In this document: piece by piece, positions 19,284 to 29,296 of the stretch
How positions within the stretch are numbered: the stretch's first letter is position 1
How the letters are laid out: each line of letters opens with the position of its first letter
From: Klebsiella phage KMI7
Strand: one strand, 5' to 3'
Sequence record: MN101221.1
Length of the DNA stretch: 64,000 nt
The notes under the pieces: model-generated
Databases searched by the model: none
Told to the model about the DNA's origin: nothing
The model's input: the letters and a program-made list of their open reading frames with translations, nothing else
Position numbers and translations under genes: made by a program

Positions 19284-19632
19284 ATTTTTTAGATACCAGT
19301 TTGCCTAATTTTGTAATTTCGCCTGTTTTTACGTTAACAAACAAGGCGATGCTCAGAAATGGGATGCTAATCACTACGCTGATCAATGTAAACAGAAAAC
19401 GTATCACAAAAAGAACAGCACGTTCAAGATATCGTTGCATCCACGCGATTCCTAAACAACTATACCCTACTATAAAGGTTGATGCAATATAAAATTCACC
19501 AAATCCTTTACGAAATACGTAACCTTTCCCGGATTCTATCCGGTCGTCGGCCCACATTTCACGGGCAGTTTTAAGAATGGATTCACCACTTGCGCGAGTT
19601 TCGTTAGCCGAAGGCATGTTTTTAAATTTCAT
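19258..19632 (-). CDS. hypothetical membrane protein (124 aa, two predicted TM helices)
   Basis: ORF with hydrophobic segments FIVGYSCLGIAW / VISIPFLSIALFV. Confidence 0.5.
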   Translation of the reverse strand: MKFKNMPSANETRASGESILKTAREMWADDRIESGKGYVFRKGFGEFYIASTFIVGYSCLGIAWMQRYLERAVLFVIRFLFTLISVVISIPFLSIALFVNVKTGEITKLGKLVSKKYEKNSDKT

Positions 19633-19677
19633 GATAGTCTCCTATGCGCCCAGAACTCGCCAGGCGCGGTTGTTTAG

Positions 19678-20577
19678 TTAGTAATGGCTAAAACCATATG
19701 TAACATCAATCATGACTTTATAACGGCATACACGCATTTTTGCGTTATTGTAATCCACTGGGATCGCTACCACGTCAGCAGGATCCACCTTCACCTGAAT
19801 GACTCTACCAACACCGCCCCCGTAGTGTGGAAGGTATGATTTAGCCGCAACGTGTAGGCCAGTAGAACAGGTGCGCGTTTTATCTTCGTCTACCATGTTT
19901 CGAGGCATGGAGACAGTTACACCAGGACTATTATCAAATTTGCCAGTAGCGAGATCTTTATAGTTATCGCGTACACGTTTCCAGGCAAGAAAACAACCAT
20001 CATCGGTCAGTTCAATGTCATTATGTACAAGGAACCCGTAAAGCTGGTATACAGCATCGCGTGAAGGGTTTCGCATCAACCGTTCAAAGAAGTTCACCAG
20101 ATGTTCATACGGACGATCGTTATACATTTCGCGAATGATTCGTTGAGTGATATCAGAATCAAACACTACATCTTTATATAGAAGCTGATGACCAATGATT
20201 TTAATGTTGCCTTTGCTATAGGTTCGGATCGCTTCATGAGTATCCAAACAAGCTACAGCACCTTTGACATCACCAGCTTTCAGCATTTCATGCGCTTTCT
20301 TAAAGTTCGGATGTGTTTCACCCGCCATGAAAACGCGCCCTTCGTATACAACCGTAATGAACGATTCAGATCCGATCATACGCGGTACAGTGTCTGATAC
20401 TTTAGGCTTTTGTTTTACATCCCTTTTCTTAGGGAATTCCGCTAACTTGCGGTTGATAACGCGCCCAATGGTTCGGGCGCTTACGTTGAACTGTTGGGCC
20501 AGTGCTGTTTTACTTGCCCCCGTCAACCATCCATTATAGATAGCTTTCTGTTGTACTTCGTCAAGAATTTTGACCAT
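19678..20577 (-). CDS. rIIB: rIIB protein
   Basis: C-terminal region aligns with T4 rIIB (CSTGLHVAAKSY..RVIQVKVDPADVVAIPVDYNNAKMRVCRYKV vs CSRGLHVCSKSY..RVVKVKVHPRDVVSIPIDYNDAKMRTCQYEV); ATG 20575-20577 in TAATG coupling with rIIA stop. Confidence 0.9.
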   Translation of the reverse strand: MVKILDEVQQKAIYNGWLTGASKTALAQQFNVSARTIGRVINRKLAEFPKKRDVKQKPKVSDTVPRMIGSESFITVVYEGRVFMAGETHPNFKKAHEMLKAGDVKGAVACLDTHEAIRTYSKGNIKIIGHQLLYKDVVFDSDITQRIIREMYNDRPYEHLVNFFERLMRNPSRDAVYQLYGFLVHNDIELTDDGCFLAWKRVRDNYKDLATGKFDNSPGVTVSMPRNMVDEDKTRTCSTGLHVAAKSYLPHYGGGVGRVIQVKVDPADVVAIPVDYNNAKMRVCRYKVMIDVTYGFSHY

Positions 20578-22838
20578 TATTTCCACCGTATTAATTTCTT
20601 AAACTCACTGAGATTCTTTTCGTTGTTGTAAATCGGACGAATTGAATAAGAATCGCTATGTTCAACAAGTGAAGCCAGTAACGGGTTTAGTGATTTAAAG
20701 ATTTCCCATGCCTGATCAACACGTTTTTTCATATTGCTGCGTTTAACACGCATTGATGCTATAGATTCACGCAGAATCGGACAACGCGCCCTGGAAAGAT
20801 TTCTACCATCTTTCTCATACCCTTCCAGACACACTATACGTTCGAGGGTATCAACAATCTTATACAGTTTTTCATTATATCGGTTTTTCACAATCCGATC
20901 AAGCGATACACCAAAACGGCTATGCAATGCGTCTGTTTCTGTTGAGTGTTCCTTACCAATCCATCCAGGCAAGCAATTATCTTTCAATGCCTTTTCGGAT
21001 TTAACATACTGCTTGCACAGCATATCATCAAAGCATACCAGATTTGAATCCGGGATCCACTTCCAGAGGCTGTTACGGATAGCAAACACAACAGGGATCC
21101 CAGTATGGCGCATGATACGCGATAAAGTAGATTCTTTCATTGCTGAATCCATAGACAACCTGGAATTTTCACCATCTAAGCGGCTATATTCATCAATACC
21201 ATACAACCGAACACCTGGGGCTTTATCCAGTGATAAAAACTCTGATTTTGTCATAAACAGAGAAGTTTTTGCCAGATTGCCGTTACTATCCAACTCATAA
21301 CGATATACGGTCGGGGTTTTTGGGCGCGGTTCTGAATTTTTCGGTGCATATAGCGCTTTTGATTTTTCGCGATCTGCATCATAGATCTCTTTTTCTTTTG
21401 TCATTTCACTGGTACGGAGATACACGATTTCCGATTCATCAAAATGACCTTTCCGAACGATATCATTAACAATCTCACGCTTTGAATCACTATCGTAATA
21501 TGCAACAAAGCTAACACGGCTTAGGTTATGCATTTTAGCATACCCGACGATATACGGTTTAACCGTGTTGGTATCCACTTTTAACAGAATGAGTTTCTTC
21601 TGTTTCCACGGATAATAAATGCGTGTGATGTCCTGGCGTTTGGTTGTTTCTGGCTTATACTTGCTCCAGCGGCCTCCGCTACCCGTTACCTGATACCATG
21701 CATCTTTACCGTCGTATTCGTTCGCCCAATACCCAGCAATATAATCATCATTATATTTGTTTGGTTTGACTAGCTCGCTATGGATCCAGCCAATAGAATC
21801 GCCGTTGATGCGAAAATTAGCATCTTTACCAACAAAGTTTTGTACCATTGAAGGCAGAGAATGGAACCACGTCAGTTTATCACGAACGGTTTGTAACTTA
21901 TCGAATTCTGATTTAACTCGATTGAAATACACCCGGCTGATTTGTTTCAGACGTTCTTTAACAATTCCTACTGTCATTTTATCCATACTCAACTCTTCGC
22001 GAGAAGGCATGAAATCAAGTTCACCGATCGGGAAGTCAATAATATACGTATACTGGCTTTCTGTATAGCAATAGAACATCGAGGTATCATACAAATCTTT
22101 ATCCAGAGGATAAATGATGTTACCCATGCGAGCATATACACCGCTAGTGTATGCTGATTTATGACGGATCACCCCGCTATCGTTGGTTGCTTCTTTCGGC
22201 TGATAGTTGATTTTGAGAATAGAAGCACCAACAAAGTTAGGACGAATATCAGTAAATGATTCGTATACCCTTGCTGCTTCGTTTTCCCATTCTTTGATAT
22301 CTTCAACTTTAACCGGAACAGTGATAGTAACCCCGTTAGGTTCATCACTTTCAATCTCATACAGAGGATCGCAGAACGGTTCCCCATCATCCATATAGAT
22401 TGTGTAACCGCATTTGATACCGTCTTTTACAGATTCAACTGTGAACGCATCGGCATAGCAAAGCGGAGATTTGCAACCCAGACCCATAGAACCGATCAGG
22501 TCGTTTGAATCATTTTTAGTTGATTCGAAGTAAACGGTAAACGCATCACTAACGAAATCAGGAGACATACCGATCCCGTAGTCACGAATAACAAAACGAG
22601 GATCAACAGCAGTTGGCAACTGGACATCAAACGGGTTCTGATTTCCCGCTTCTTTGTGTCCATCGATCGCATTACAAGACAGTTCGCGAATGATTGCGCG
22701 GATCTTGTATTTGTATACTGTCGAAGAAAGGATCTTATACGCTTTCTTGTTTGCGCGTAGAGATAGTTTGTTTCGTCCCTTGCTGGTATCTGTACCAACA
22801 CGGTAGATGGTTTGCGGTGTATCTTCGCGTAATTTCAT
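20577..22838 (-). CDS. rIIA: rIIA protein (GHKL ATPase-like N-terminal domain)
   Basis: 753 aa, ELSCNAIDGHKEAGN Bergerat-fold N-box, position immediately upstream of rIIB as in T4. Confidence 0.9.
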   Translation of the reverse strand: MKLREDTPQTIYRVGTDTSKGRNKLSLRANKKAYKILSSTVYKYKIRAIIRELSCNAIDGHKEAGNQNPFDVQLPTAVDPRFVIRDYGIGMSPDFVSDAFTVYFESTKNDSNDLIGSMGLGCKSPLCYADAFTVESVKDGIKCGYTIYMDDGEPFCDPLYEIESDEPNGVTITVPVKVEDIKEWENEAARVYESFTDIRPNFVGASILKINYQPKEATNDSGVIRHKSAYTSGVYARMGNIIYPLDKDLYDTSMFYCYTESQYTYIIDFPIGELDFMPSREELSMDKMTVGIVKERLKQISRVYFNRVKSEFDKLQTVRDKLTWFHSLPSMVQNFVGKDANFRINGDSIGWIHSELVKPNKYNDDYIAGYWANEYDGKDAWYQVTGSGGRWSKYKPETTKRQDITRIYYPWKQKKLILLKVDTNTVKPYIVGYAKMHNLSRVSFVAYYDSDSKREIVNDIVRKGHFDESEIVYLRTSEMTKEKEIYDADREKSKALYAPKNSEPRPKTPTVYRYELDSNGNLAKTSLFMTKSEFLSLDKAPGVRLYGIDEYSRLDGENSRLSMDSAMKESTLSRIMRHTGIPVVFAIRNSLWKWIPDSNLVCFDDMLCKQYVKSEKALKDNCLPGWIGKEHSTETDALHSRFGVSLDRIVKNRYNEKLYKIVDTLERIVCLEGYEKDGRNLSRARCPILRESIASMRVKRSNMKKRVDQAWEIFKSLNPLLASLVEHSDSYSIRPIYNNEKNLSEFKKLIRWK

Positions 22839-22848
22839 TGTTTATTTC

Positions 22849-23085
22849 TCACTTAACATTAAAAATAACTTGGTCACAAGAGTACTTCGTTGGCTTTTTG
22901 TTCAGACCATATTCTACTACTTCGCAATAAGTGTCAAGGAATTTTACCAATTTTTCTTCCTCGACCTGCTGTTTCTTCATATCAAGGATACCCATCACAA
23001 TAGCAATGATAATAGAACAGAAGAATACGCAGATCCCAAATATGGTCAGATATTTTCCCAACTTAGGCGCATTATAGCGTGTCAT
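22849..23085 (-). CDS. hypothetical small membrane protein (78 aa)
   Basis: ORF with one TM helix. Confidence 0.5.
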   Translation of the reverse strand: MTRYNAPKLGKYLTIFGICVFFCSIIIAIVMGILDMKKQQVEEEKLVKFLDTYCEVVEYGLNKKPTKYSCDQVIFNVK

Positions 23086-23088
23086 ACC

Positions 23089-23643
23089 TTACCCCTCTTT
23101 GCGAATGTACGCAAGTTCTTCATGGGTTACTGGACGGATATACAGACGGCCTTTTGTATATGCCTTGCGCCCACTGATCCAAATGTTTTTCATATCCTTA
23201 ACACCGTTCATCACATCGTTGTAAAACTTCTTATCAGCTTTAGCCTGATAGACTTCACGGCCTTGATAATCTTTCATGAACAAACAATAAAGGATCTCAT
23301 TCTTATCAACTAGATTAGCATCCTTTGTAGTTGTTTTACTTGGTGAAGGTTTAGCACCCAGGCGCAAGGCCATAGCTTGCCACACTTTACCATGTTCATA
23401 ACCGCGCCCGACAAGAGCATGAGCGATTTCGTGTAAAAGAGTGTCTAAAATATCCTCGTAGATATCTTCCGCAACATGACGACCAGATAGCTCGATCAGT
23501 TTTTTGGTATAACTGCAACGGCCCAGAGTTTTTGTAATGCGTCCATTGATCCGGAATGTCCAACCATTACTGATCAAACCGTGTTTTTCCATCATGGTAC
23601 GCGCCCAGTGGGTTACTTCCATTGCACTACGAGTTTTCAACAT
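23089..23643 (-). CDS. SprT-like zinc metallopeptidase family protein
   Basis: HEIAHAL HExxH motif and SprT-like N-terminal pattern; ATG 23643 follows AAAGGAG RBS and cassette promoter (track ORF extended to 23697). Confidence 0.65.
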   Translation of the reverse strand: MLKTRSAMEVTHWARTMMEKHGLISNGWTFRINGRITKTLGRCSYTKKLIELSGRHVAEDIYEDILDTLLHEIAHALVGRGYEHGKVWQAMALRLGAKPSPSKTTTKDANLVDKNEILYCLFMKDYQGREVYQAKADKKFYNDVMNGVKDMKNIWISGRKAYTKGRLYIRPVTHEELAYIRKEG

Positions 23644-23712
23644 TTTAGAATCTCCTTTGCTTGGTACAAAACCAATATAGCAAAAAGCCCCCTGCATTGC
23701 AAGAGGCTTTGT
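23644..23712 (-). promoter_or_regulatory. Hairpin/early-promoter cassette copy 6 (-35 TTGCAA in stem, -10 CTATAT)
   Basis: aaagcctcTTGCAAtgcagggggctttttgCTATAT...AAAGGAG on minus strand. Confidence 0.6.
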
Positions 23713-23714
23713 TA

Positions 23715-25001
23715 TTATTTCAACTTCTTAGAAAGTTCTTTTAAATCATTGAGATACTCAATTTTAGGGGTTGTTTCTTCCCAGTATTTCAACTGTTTGC
23801 GCAATTCTTCGGCTTCGTCTTCCAGCTTTTTGCTTTCGTCCGTGGTTAGATGGTAGATGTTCATAGCCACTAACATTTCGGCATGATTCTCGCAACCTAT
23901 CCACGTAGACACAAATTTAACCGCTTCGCTGCGACTAAGGCCACGCAGAGAATCAGGAGATTCTACCATTTGAGTAATAAACGCAACCTTTGCCAGTGCT
24001 TTATCTAACGCTTCCTTAGTTTCCTGGATACGCTTATTGATACGCTGTTGATATACATTCATACGAATATCAACGAAATCCTTTAGAAGCGTTTCAGGGC
24101 GTTCATATGAGTATAATTTACCCTCAAAGATAACGTTAATGTTTGGGTTTGAATTTTCAATCAACCCGAAATCTTTCAGGATCTTTTCGCGGGTTAACCC
24201 GTTGGCATACTCTCGCTTGAGCGTTACTTCATAACGAAAATCTTCTTTCGATAGATCCTTGTAGCTAACGATAACGCCTTTTTCTTCCAGCTTGTCAAGG
24301 ATTGCAATGTATTTCACACGGTCGTACTTCACTGGGATCTCGGTGATCACCAATTTGGTTTTACCTTGCAATTCATACGTGCCGTAAATTGTCCCGTCTG
24401 TGATTTCACCTTTAAAGTAAGGGTATTTCAGATCCAGTGTGAAATCTTTATCATTCAGATATGCAATGCACCCGTTAACAACCGATTTAGGATCATGAGG
24501 CGGAATGTTTGTTGCATATGCTTTTGCAATCCCGCTAAACCCGTTAACCAGTACCATCGGGATGATCGGGAGATAGTACGCTGGCGGTACATGTTCCGGA
24601 TCTTCATGAACTGGCGTTAAATCACCATCCATATAAATTGCTTTGAATATTGGCGATAGTTTACACTTGATGTAACGAGGTGCGCCAGGTTTCTTAACCA
24701 AACGGGAACCAAAGAACCCATCACGGTCGAATAACGGAATGTTATTGCACCAGTGCGCCGCCATAAGGGATAACGCTTCTTCTACAGAGGTTTCCCCGTG
24801 GTGATACCCATACATAGCAACACCGCCAGCGATAGAAGCTACTTTCTGAAATCCCGTTCCGCCCTGCATAGCAGAGTGAATAAAGAAACGGTGAACGGGT
24901 TTAAACCCGTCTACCAGGTGCGGGATCGCACGTGAATAAATCGTGTAAAGGGCAAACGTTAGCCCTTCCACCTGTACAACATCTTTAATACTTCTTTCCA
25001 T
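23715..25001 (-). CDS. 52: DNA topoisomerase II medium subunit gp52 (GyrA-like, active-site Tyr domain)
   Basis: VDGFKPVHRF, IPYKYDR, DFGLIE etc. align with T4 gp52. Confidence 0.92.
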   Translation of the reverse strand: MERSIKDVVQVEGLTFALYTIYSRAIPHLVDGFKPVHRFFIHSAMQGGTGFQKVASIAGGVAMYGYHHGETSVEEALSLMAAHWCNNIPLFDRDGFFGSRLVKKPGAPRYIKCKLSPIFKAIYMDGDLTPVHEDPEHVPPAYYLPIIPMVLVNGFSGIAKAYATNIPPHDPKSVVNGCIAYLNDKDFTLDLKYPYFKGEITDGTIYGTYELQGKTKLVITEIPVKYDRVKYIAILDKLEEKGVIVSYKDLSKEDFRYEVTLKREYANGLTREKILKDFGLIENSNPNINVIFEGKLYSYERPETLLKDFVDIRMNVYQQRINKRIQETKEALDKALAKVAFITQMVESPDSLRGLSRSEAVKFVSTWIGCENHAEMLVAMNIYHLTTDESKKLEDEAEELRKQLKYWEETTPKIEYLNDLKELSKKLK

Positions 25002-26905
25002 TAGTCAACCTTAGAAAATTTGTGTTTTCCATTAACCCAATCTTTACGCGGATCAGATTCGTCGCCGAAGCATAGTTCTAACACTTCTTTGTATTCGTCG
25101 TCAAGTACAATGACATCATACTTCAACTGATCACCCAGAACACGGTCGTAATCTTCTTTGCGTAAAGAACCCAGCCCCTTGATATATCGTACATCTTTTG
25201 CTTTATCGCGGAACGGCGCAAACTCATCAAGAGAATAGAACCATTTTTCCTCGCGCCCAACTTTAGCGATAACGATCGGGGTTCGAATATATCGGATCCG
25301 TTTCTCAGTGAACAAAGAAGGCCAACGGCTAAAGAATGCAAGCAACAGAGTTAAAATGTCGCCGCCGTCAACGTCAGCATCGACCATGATGCCGATATTA
25401 TCATAAGTCATTCCGGAAGTATCACCAGGATGAATATTGAGGATAGCCATTAGCTCAAACAGTTCTTTGTTTTTGATAATGTCTGTAAAACTCATACCCC
25501 ATGTATTCAGAGGCTTACCACGTAGCGGGAAAGCGCCTTGTGTTTCTTCATTACGGCATTCGATGAACTGACCAACAGCGGAATCGCCTTCTGTCAGAAA
25601 CAATGTTGTTTCTACCCCAGGGGTATCAATACCGGAAGCCGGAACGTGTTTAGCAATTTTTGCCTTTTTCGCTTTCTTTTTCGCTTTGGTGATCGCGGCG
25701 GCTTCTGCTGCTTGTTTACGAATCAATGCGGATTCAATGATCGGAGTAATGATTTCTGGGGTATCCATAATCATTTTTGCGATCTTTTTGTAGTTCAAAT
25801 TCGCATGATTGTTAAACTCACCTGCTGTATTTGCTAATCGCTCTTTTGTTTGGCTATCGAATGCAGGTGCATTAAAGTTATGCAGGAATACCACAAGAGT
25901 TAAGCATTCTTTTACACGTGCTTTCGGGATCTCGATACTATGCTTTTTCTTGATCATCGGTTCAAGTTCAGAATAGATACCATCAATCATACACTCAACA
26001 TGAACACCGCCGTTTTTCGTATCCAGACCGTTAACAAAGGATTTCTGTTTAAACCCGTCCTCAGTGCTCGCCAGAATGAAGCTGAGGCGATTATTTGTCT
26101 GGACAATGGTTTTATCCCCATACATGGAAGCGTACAGCGGGAAGCGATTAGAGAGCGTTTCGCCGTTATATGTGAATTTCACAGACGGGAAAGCAACGGC
26201 AAGGGCCATTAAGCGATCCTTAATCACTTCTTTGGTTTCTTCATCGATACCAGTTACACCAAACATAGAGAAGTCTGGAGTAAACTTAACAGTAGTACCC
26301 TGTTCTTTACTGGGGCTGGTTCGGTAATCGATGTTCTGTGCGCCGTCCGTACAGTTAATGGTTACTTTGCGTTTCCCGTTTGCAGTCTCGCCAATAAAAA
26401 TCGAGCTATAACAGTTTGTCAGGAAAGAACCAACACCATTCATACCCATCGTTACGCGGTTTTTATCATCGAAGTTAGAACCCGATTTTGCCATAGTCCA
26501 CGCCGCAACTGGTTTAGGAACTATTTTCCCGTCTGGGGTTTTTACATCATCCTGGGGAATACCGCGCCCGTTATCAGAGATTTTAACCAGATTATGATCA
26601 ATGGTTACATCAATCTTATTAGCATGTTTGAATTCAGTTCGGATCGCCTCATCAATAGAGTTATCAAGGATTTCGTTGATGATTTTAACCAACCCTTCCA
26701 CGTACTCAACCTTGCGATATTGGCCCATTATGAAACGTTCATGCGCTTCTTTGTTAACCGATCCGACGTACATATTTGGACGCAACCGAATATGATCGCG
26801 ATCGCTCATACAAAATGATTCGTCAACCTTTGCGCCTTTTTTGGCTGGTTGTGGTTTCTGTTCTGGTTCATCATCTGCCAGAAGAAAATCTAAACTCATA
26901 TTCAC
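25001..26905 (-). CDS. 39: DNA topoisomerase II large subunit gp39 (ATPase + Toprim), contiguous with the gene-60 portion (no split/bypass)
   Basis: ILDNSIDEA GHKL motif, FLTEGDSA Toprim, 634 aa = T4 gp39+gp60 combined; aligns with T4 gp39 throughout. Confidence 0.92.
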   Translation of the reverse strand: MNMSLDFLLADDEPEQKPQPAKKGAKVDESFCMSDRDHIRLRPNMYVGSVNKEAHERFIMGQYRKVEYVEGLVKIINEILDNSIDEAIRTEFKHANKIDVTIDHNLVKISDNGRGIPQDDVKTPDGKIVPKPVAAWTMAKSGSNFDDKNRVTMGMNGVGSFLTNCYSSIFIGETANGKRKVTINCTDGAQNIDYRTSPSKEQGTTVKFTPDFSMFGVTGIDEETKEVIKDRLMALAVAFPSVKFTYNGETLSNRFPLYASMYGDKTIVQTNNRLSFILASTEDGFKQKSFVNGLDTKNGGVHVECMIDGIYSELEPMIKKKHSIEIPKARVKECLTLVVFLHNFNAPAFDSQTKERLANTAGEFNNHANLNYKKIAKMIMDTPEIITPIIESALIRKQAAEAAAITKAKKKAKKAKIAKHVPASGIDTPGVETTLFLTEGDSAVGQFIECRNEETQGAFPLRGKPLNTWGMSFTDIIKNKELFELMAILNIHPGDTSGMTYDNIGIMVDADVDGGDILTLLLAFFSRWPSLFTEKRIRYIRTPIVIAKVGREEKWFYSLDEFAPFRDKAKDVRYIKGLGSLRKEDYDRVLGDQLKYDVIVLDDEYKEVLELCFGDESDPRKDWVNGKHKFSKVD

Positions 26906-26942
26906 CTCTTTGTTTAATCACTGACATTATATAGGGTTCTAT

Positions 26943-26968
26943 GAAAAAGAAAACCCCTTTCGGGGTTT
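26943..26968 (-). terminator. rho-independent terminator (AAACCCC-GAAA-GGGGTTT + U-run)
   Basis: Hairpin and T-run on minus strand overlapping stop of 26967..27173. Confidence 0.6.
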
Positions 26969-27173
26969 ATGCTCGTTTTATCTTTTCCAGAATGGAAATA
27001 AGTTCATCAACCTGCATTCTGGTCAGTGTTATTGTTTTTCCGTCCTGGATAATTTCTGTCATTTCTGATACGGATTCCGTATTAAATTTGACATCCAGTA
27101 AATCAGAATACGGTTCTGGTTGAAATCCTTCTGCAAAACCGTAATCATCGGGGATCCATTCATTAATTTTCAT
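26967..27173 (-). CDS. hypothetical protein (68 aa)
   Basis: ORF; ATG 27173 preferred over track GTG 27182. Confidence 0.45.
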   Translation of the reverse strand: MKINEWIPDDYGFAEGFQPEPYSDLLDVKFNTESVSEMTEIIQDGKTITLTRMQVDELISILEKIKRA

Positions 27174-27178
27174 GATAA

Positions 27179-27343
27179 TCACTTGTTATAAGGGAAACCA
27201 TCACGAACCATTTGCGGTTTGTCCACCGTTCGTTTTGCTTTGCCCCCGCAATAACACTCTTTCGGTTCGTCGCGGCTTGCGATGCTTGACATCTTCGGGA
27301 ATTCTTTTTCGCACTTGGTGCATTTATAGGTATAGGTAGGCAT
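27179..27343 (-). CDS. small zinc-ribbon protein (54 aa; CxxC...CxC, FmdB-like) not in ORF track
   Basis: MPTYTYKCTKCEKEFPKMSSIASRDEPKECYCGG...; TAATG coupling with upstream gene stop at 27343. Confidence 0.55.
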   Translation of the reverse strand: MPTYTYKCTKCEKEFPKMSSIASRDEPKECYCGGKAKRTVDKPQMVRDGFPYNK

Positions 27344-27783
27344 TAATAAATCTCTTTTAAACTTAACATCTTAACTAAACGGGCTTTGTTTATGTCAAAA
27401 ACACATTGACGTGCGCCCGGATACAACTTTTCAACTTCGTATACCATGCAGACGAAACCAACATTGTGCATGTACTCGCGTTCATATGCATTGAACCAAC
27501 GAGAAAGGCGCTGTATTGACTGAAAACCAAAGTATAACCCAGCCGCTTGAAAGTCTACATTATCTTTTTCAAGGTTGCGCATCAATCGATTATCGTCATC
27601 CGGAGCTGGATGTCGGTGATCATCCATATCAATATAGATATCAGGATTCATACAGAATTGATCCAGCCATTCAGCAGTATCCATTGACAAATAACGATTG
27701 ACATATGGGCCACTTTTTGTTTGCCATTTTTCTGTACAATCATTCCAGAAAGAACAAGAAAATTCCACACGATATACGAACAT
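27343..27783 (-). CDS. hypothetical protein (146 aa)
   Basis: ORF. Confidence 0.5.
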   Translation of the reverse strand: MFVYRVEFSCSFWNDCTEKWQTKSGPYVNRYLSMDTAEWLDQFCMNPDIYIDMDDHRHPAPDDDNRLMRNLEKDNVDFQAAGLYFGFQSIQRLSRWFNAYEREYMHNVGFVCMVYEVEKLYPGARQCVFDINKARLVKMLSLKEIY

Positions 27784-27805
27784 GATATAATCCTCACAAG
27801 TAAAC

Positions 27806-28399
27806 TCAAGGTTTACAAGTACGATACCACTTATCTAATTTTTCGTCAAGCATTTCGTTGATAATTTTTGCAATTTCGTGCCGTCCGTGAGTAGTACCCA
27901 GTTCCAGGTAAATCACATCAAGTGCGCACACAATAGCATCAATACTTTCTTCAACGATATTACCGCCGCGTTGAGGCTGAATGAGGCATTCGCTGATCTC
28001 GCCAACTTCCGCTGATAGGTGATGAACCACATCACTCTTCGTGCGTTTCTTCACTTTATGCGCGGTTTCGAAAAACTTATCAAGTACAATCGCCGTTTCT
28101 TCTCGCGTTGCAGTATTCTCGGATGTCGTATCCATCGCATTTCGCAAAACAGTTTCCAAAGATGTAAAATAGTTTTCAAACACGTTGAAAGGGATCACAT
28201 GAGGAACACCATTCAAAAACACCCCTTCTTTACAAACATAATGGATTTTGCGCGGAATAGACAAACCGCCGCTGCGTTCCAAATGTCGTTTAATGCTTGC
28301 TACAAAATCGAAATCTTTCCCGTATCCAGCCAACATACTGTGATAAGTGAGTTGACCAATTGCAGGAACATAGAGATCATTTTCTTTATACAGATTCAT
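27806..28399 (-). CDS. hypothetical protein (197 aa), possibly all-alpha NTP-pyrophosphohydrolase (MazG-like) fold
   Basis: C-terminal EVGEISE...EESIDAIVCALDV resembles MazG EExxE/D motifs; weak. Confidence 0.45.
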   Translation of the reverse strand: MNLYKENDLYVPAIGQLTYHSMLAGYGKDFDFVASIKRHLERSGGLSIPRKIHYVCKEGVFLNGVPHVIPFNVFENYFTSLETVLRNAMDTTSENTATREETAIVLDKFFETAHKVKKRTKSDVVHHLSAEVGEISECLIQPQRGGNIVEESIDAIVCALDVIYLELGTTHGRHEIAKIINEMLDEKLDKWYRTCKP

Positions 28400-28697
28400 T
28401 TACAATACCTTTATGGTAGCCAAAAATATAACAATCAATCGAAGGACGTTCACCAGGGAAGTGAATGCATTGCATGATACGTTCGGCCATTAGATCTTCT
28501 CCCATGTATACCGAAGTAGTTTCTTCGTTGTAATGGGTATCATACGACGTTTTAAGCGTCATGCCCGGAAGCCCTGCAATGTGCATGAATTTAGAATTGG
28601 TGCAAGGTTTCCCTACTTCACCGTTGATCATCAACACTGCATTAGTTTTACGTGCTTTTCTCATTTGAATTTCACCCCGATTTGCGATACGTTCCAT
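28386..28697 (-). CDS. hypothetical protein (103 aa)
   Basis: ORF. Confidence 0.45.
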   Translation of the reverse strand: MERIANRGEIQMRKARKTNAVLMINGEVGKPCTNSKFMHIAGLPGMTLKTSYDTHYNEETTSVYMGEDLMAERIMQCIHFPGERPSIDCYIFGYHKGIVNESV

Positions 28698-29257
28698 TCT
28701 TTTACTTCATCAACAATATCATAATGGTTGATGTATGGTAAAGCAATTTTTAAATTACTCGCGTCTTGAATGTTGCGTAAGAAACGAGTAGGAGAAAGAA
28801 GACACAACCGCTCGGATCCGTTGTTTCCTTTAGCGGCAAATGATAGGGTTTCTCCCCCGTCAATCTTCATATCAACAGAAATCGTTTTGAATTCTGGTGC
28901 ATATGACGTGATTTTGCCGTTGTCTCTCGGCGTACTATAGAAACATACACTTTGTGGGACATTATAACGATCTGTTTCAATGTACATGTAATCGCCGTCA
29001 GTCATTCCCCACACAGTGTAAAGGGATCCGGTATAGTCACCAAAGGAATTTTTAAAATCTTCCTTCGTGGTATATCCCAGCGAGCGCAATTGCATAAGCT
29101 GGTTATGCTGTTCGATTGCGTCGGCTTTTTGTTGTTCCTGTACTTGCGCATCAATCGTTTCTTGCCAGGAATTATACGCATAGTAACCCACAACAGCGAT
29201 TACAGCCATAACCCCTACAGCTTTCCAGATTTTAGCGTCTTCGTTTTTGTTACTCAT
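28661..29257 (-). CDS. hypothetical membrane-anchored protein (198 aa, N-terminal TM helix, periplasmic/exposed body)
   Basis: ORF; AVGVMAVIAVVGYYAY signal-anchor. Confidence 0.5.
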   Translation of the reverse strand: MSNKNEDAKIWKAVGVMAVIAVVGYYAYNSWQETIDAQVQEQQKADAIEQHNQLMQLRSLGYTTKEDFKNSFGDYTGSLYTVWGMTDGDYMYIETDRYNVPQSVCFYSTPRDNGKITSYAPEFKTISVDMKIDGGETLSFAAKGNNGSERLCLLSPTRFLRNIQDASNLKIALPYINHYDIVDEVKEWNVSQIGVKFK

Positions 29258-29270
29258 GCTATATTCCTTT

Positions 29271-29296
29271 TAAGAAAAAGGGCCGAAGCCCCTTTG
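29271..29296 (-). terminator. rho-independent terminator (GGGC-UUCG-GCCC + U5)
   Basis: Hairpin + T-run on minus strand after 29297..29626. Confidence 0.6.
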
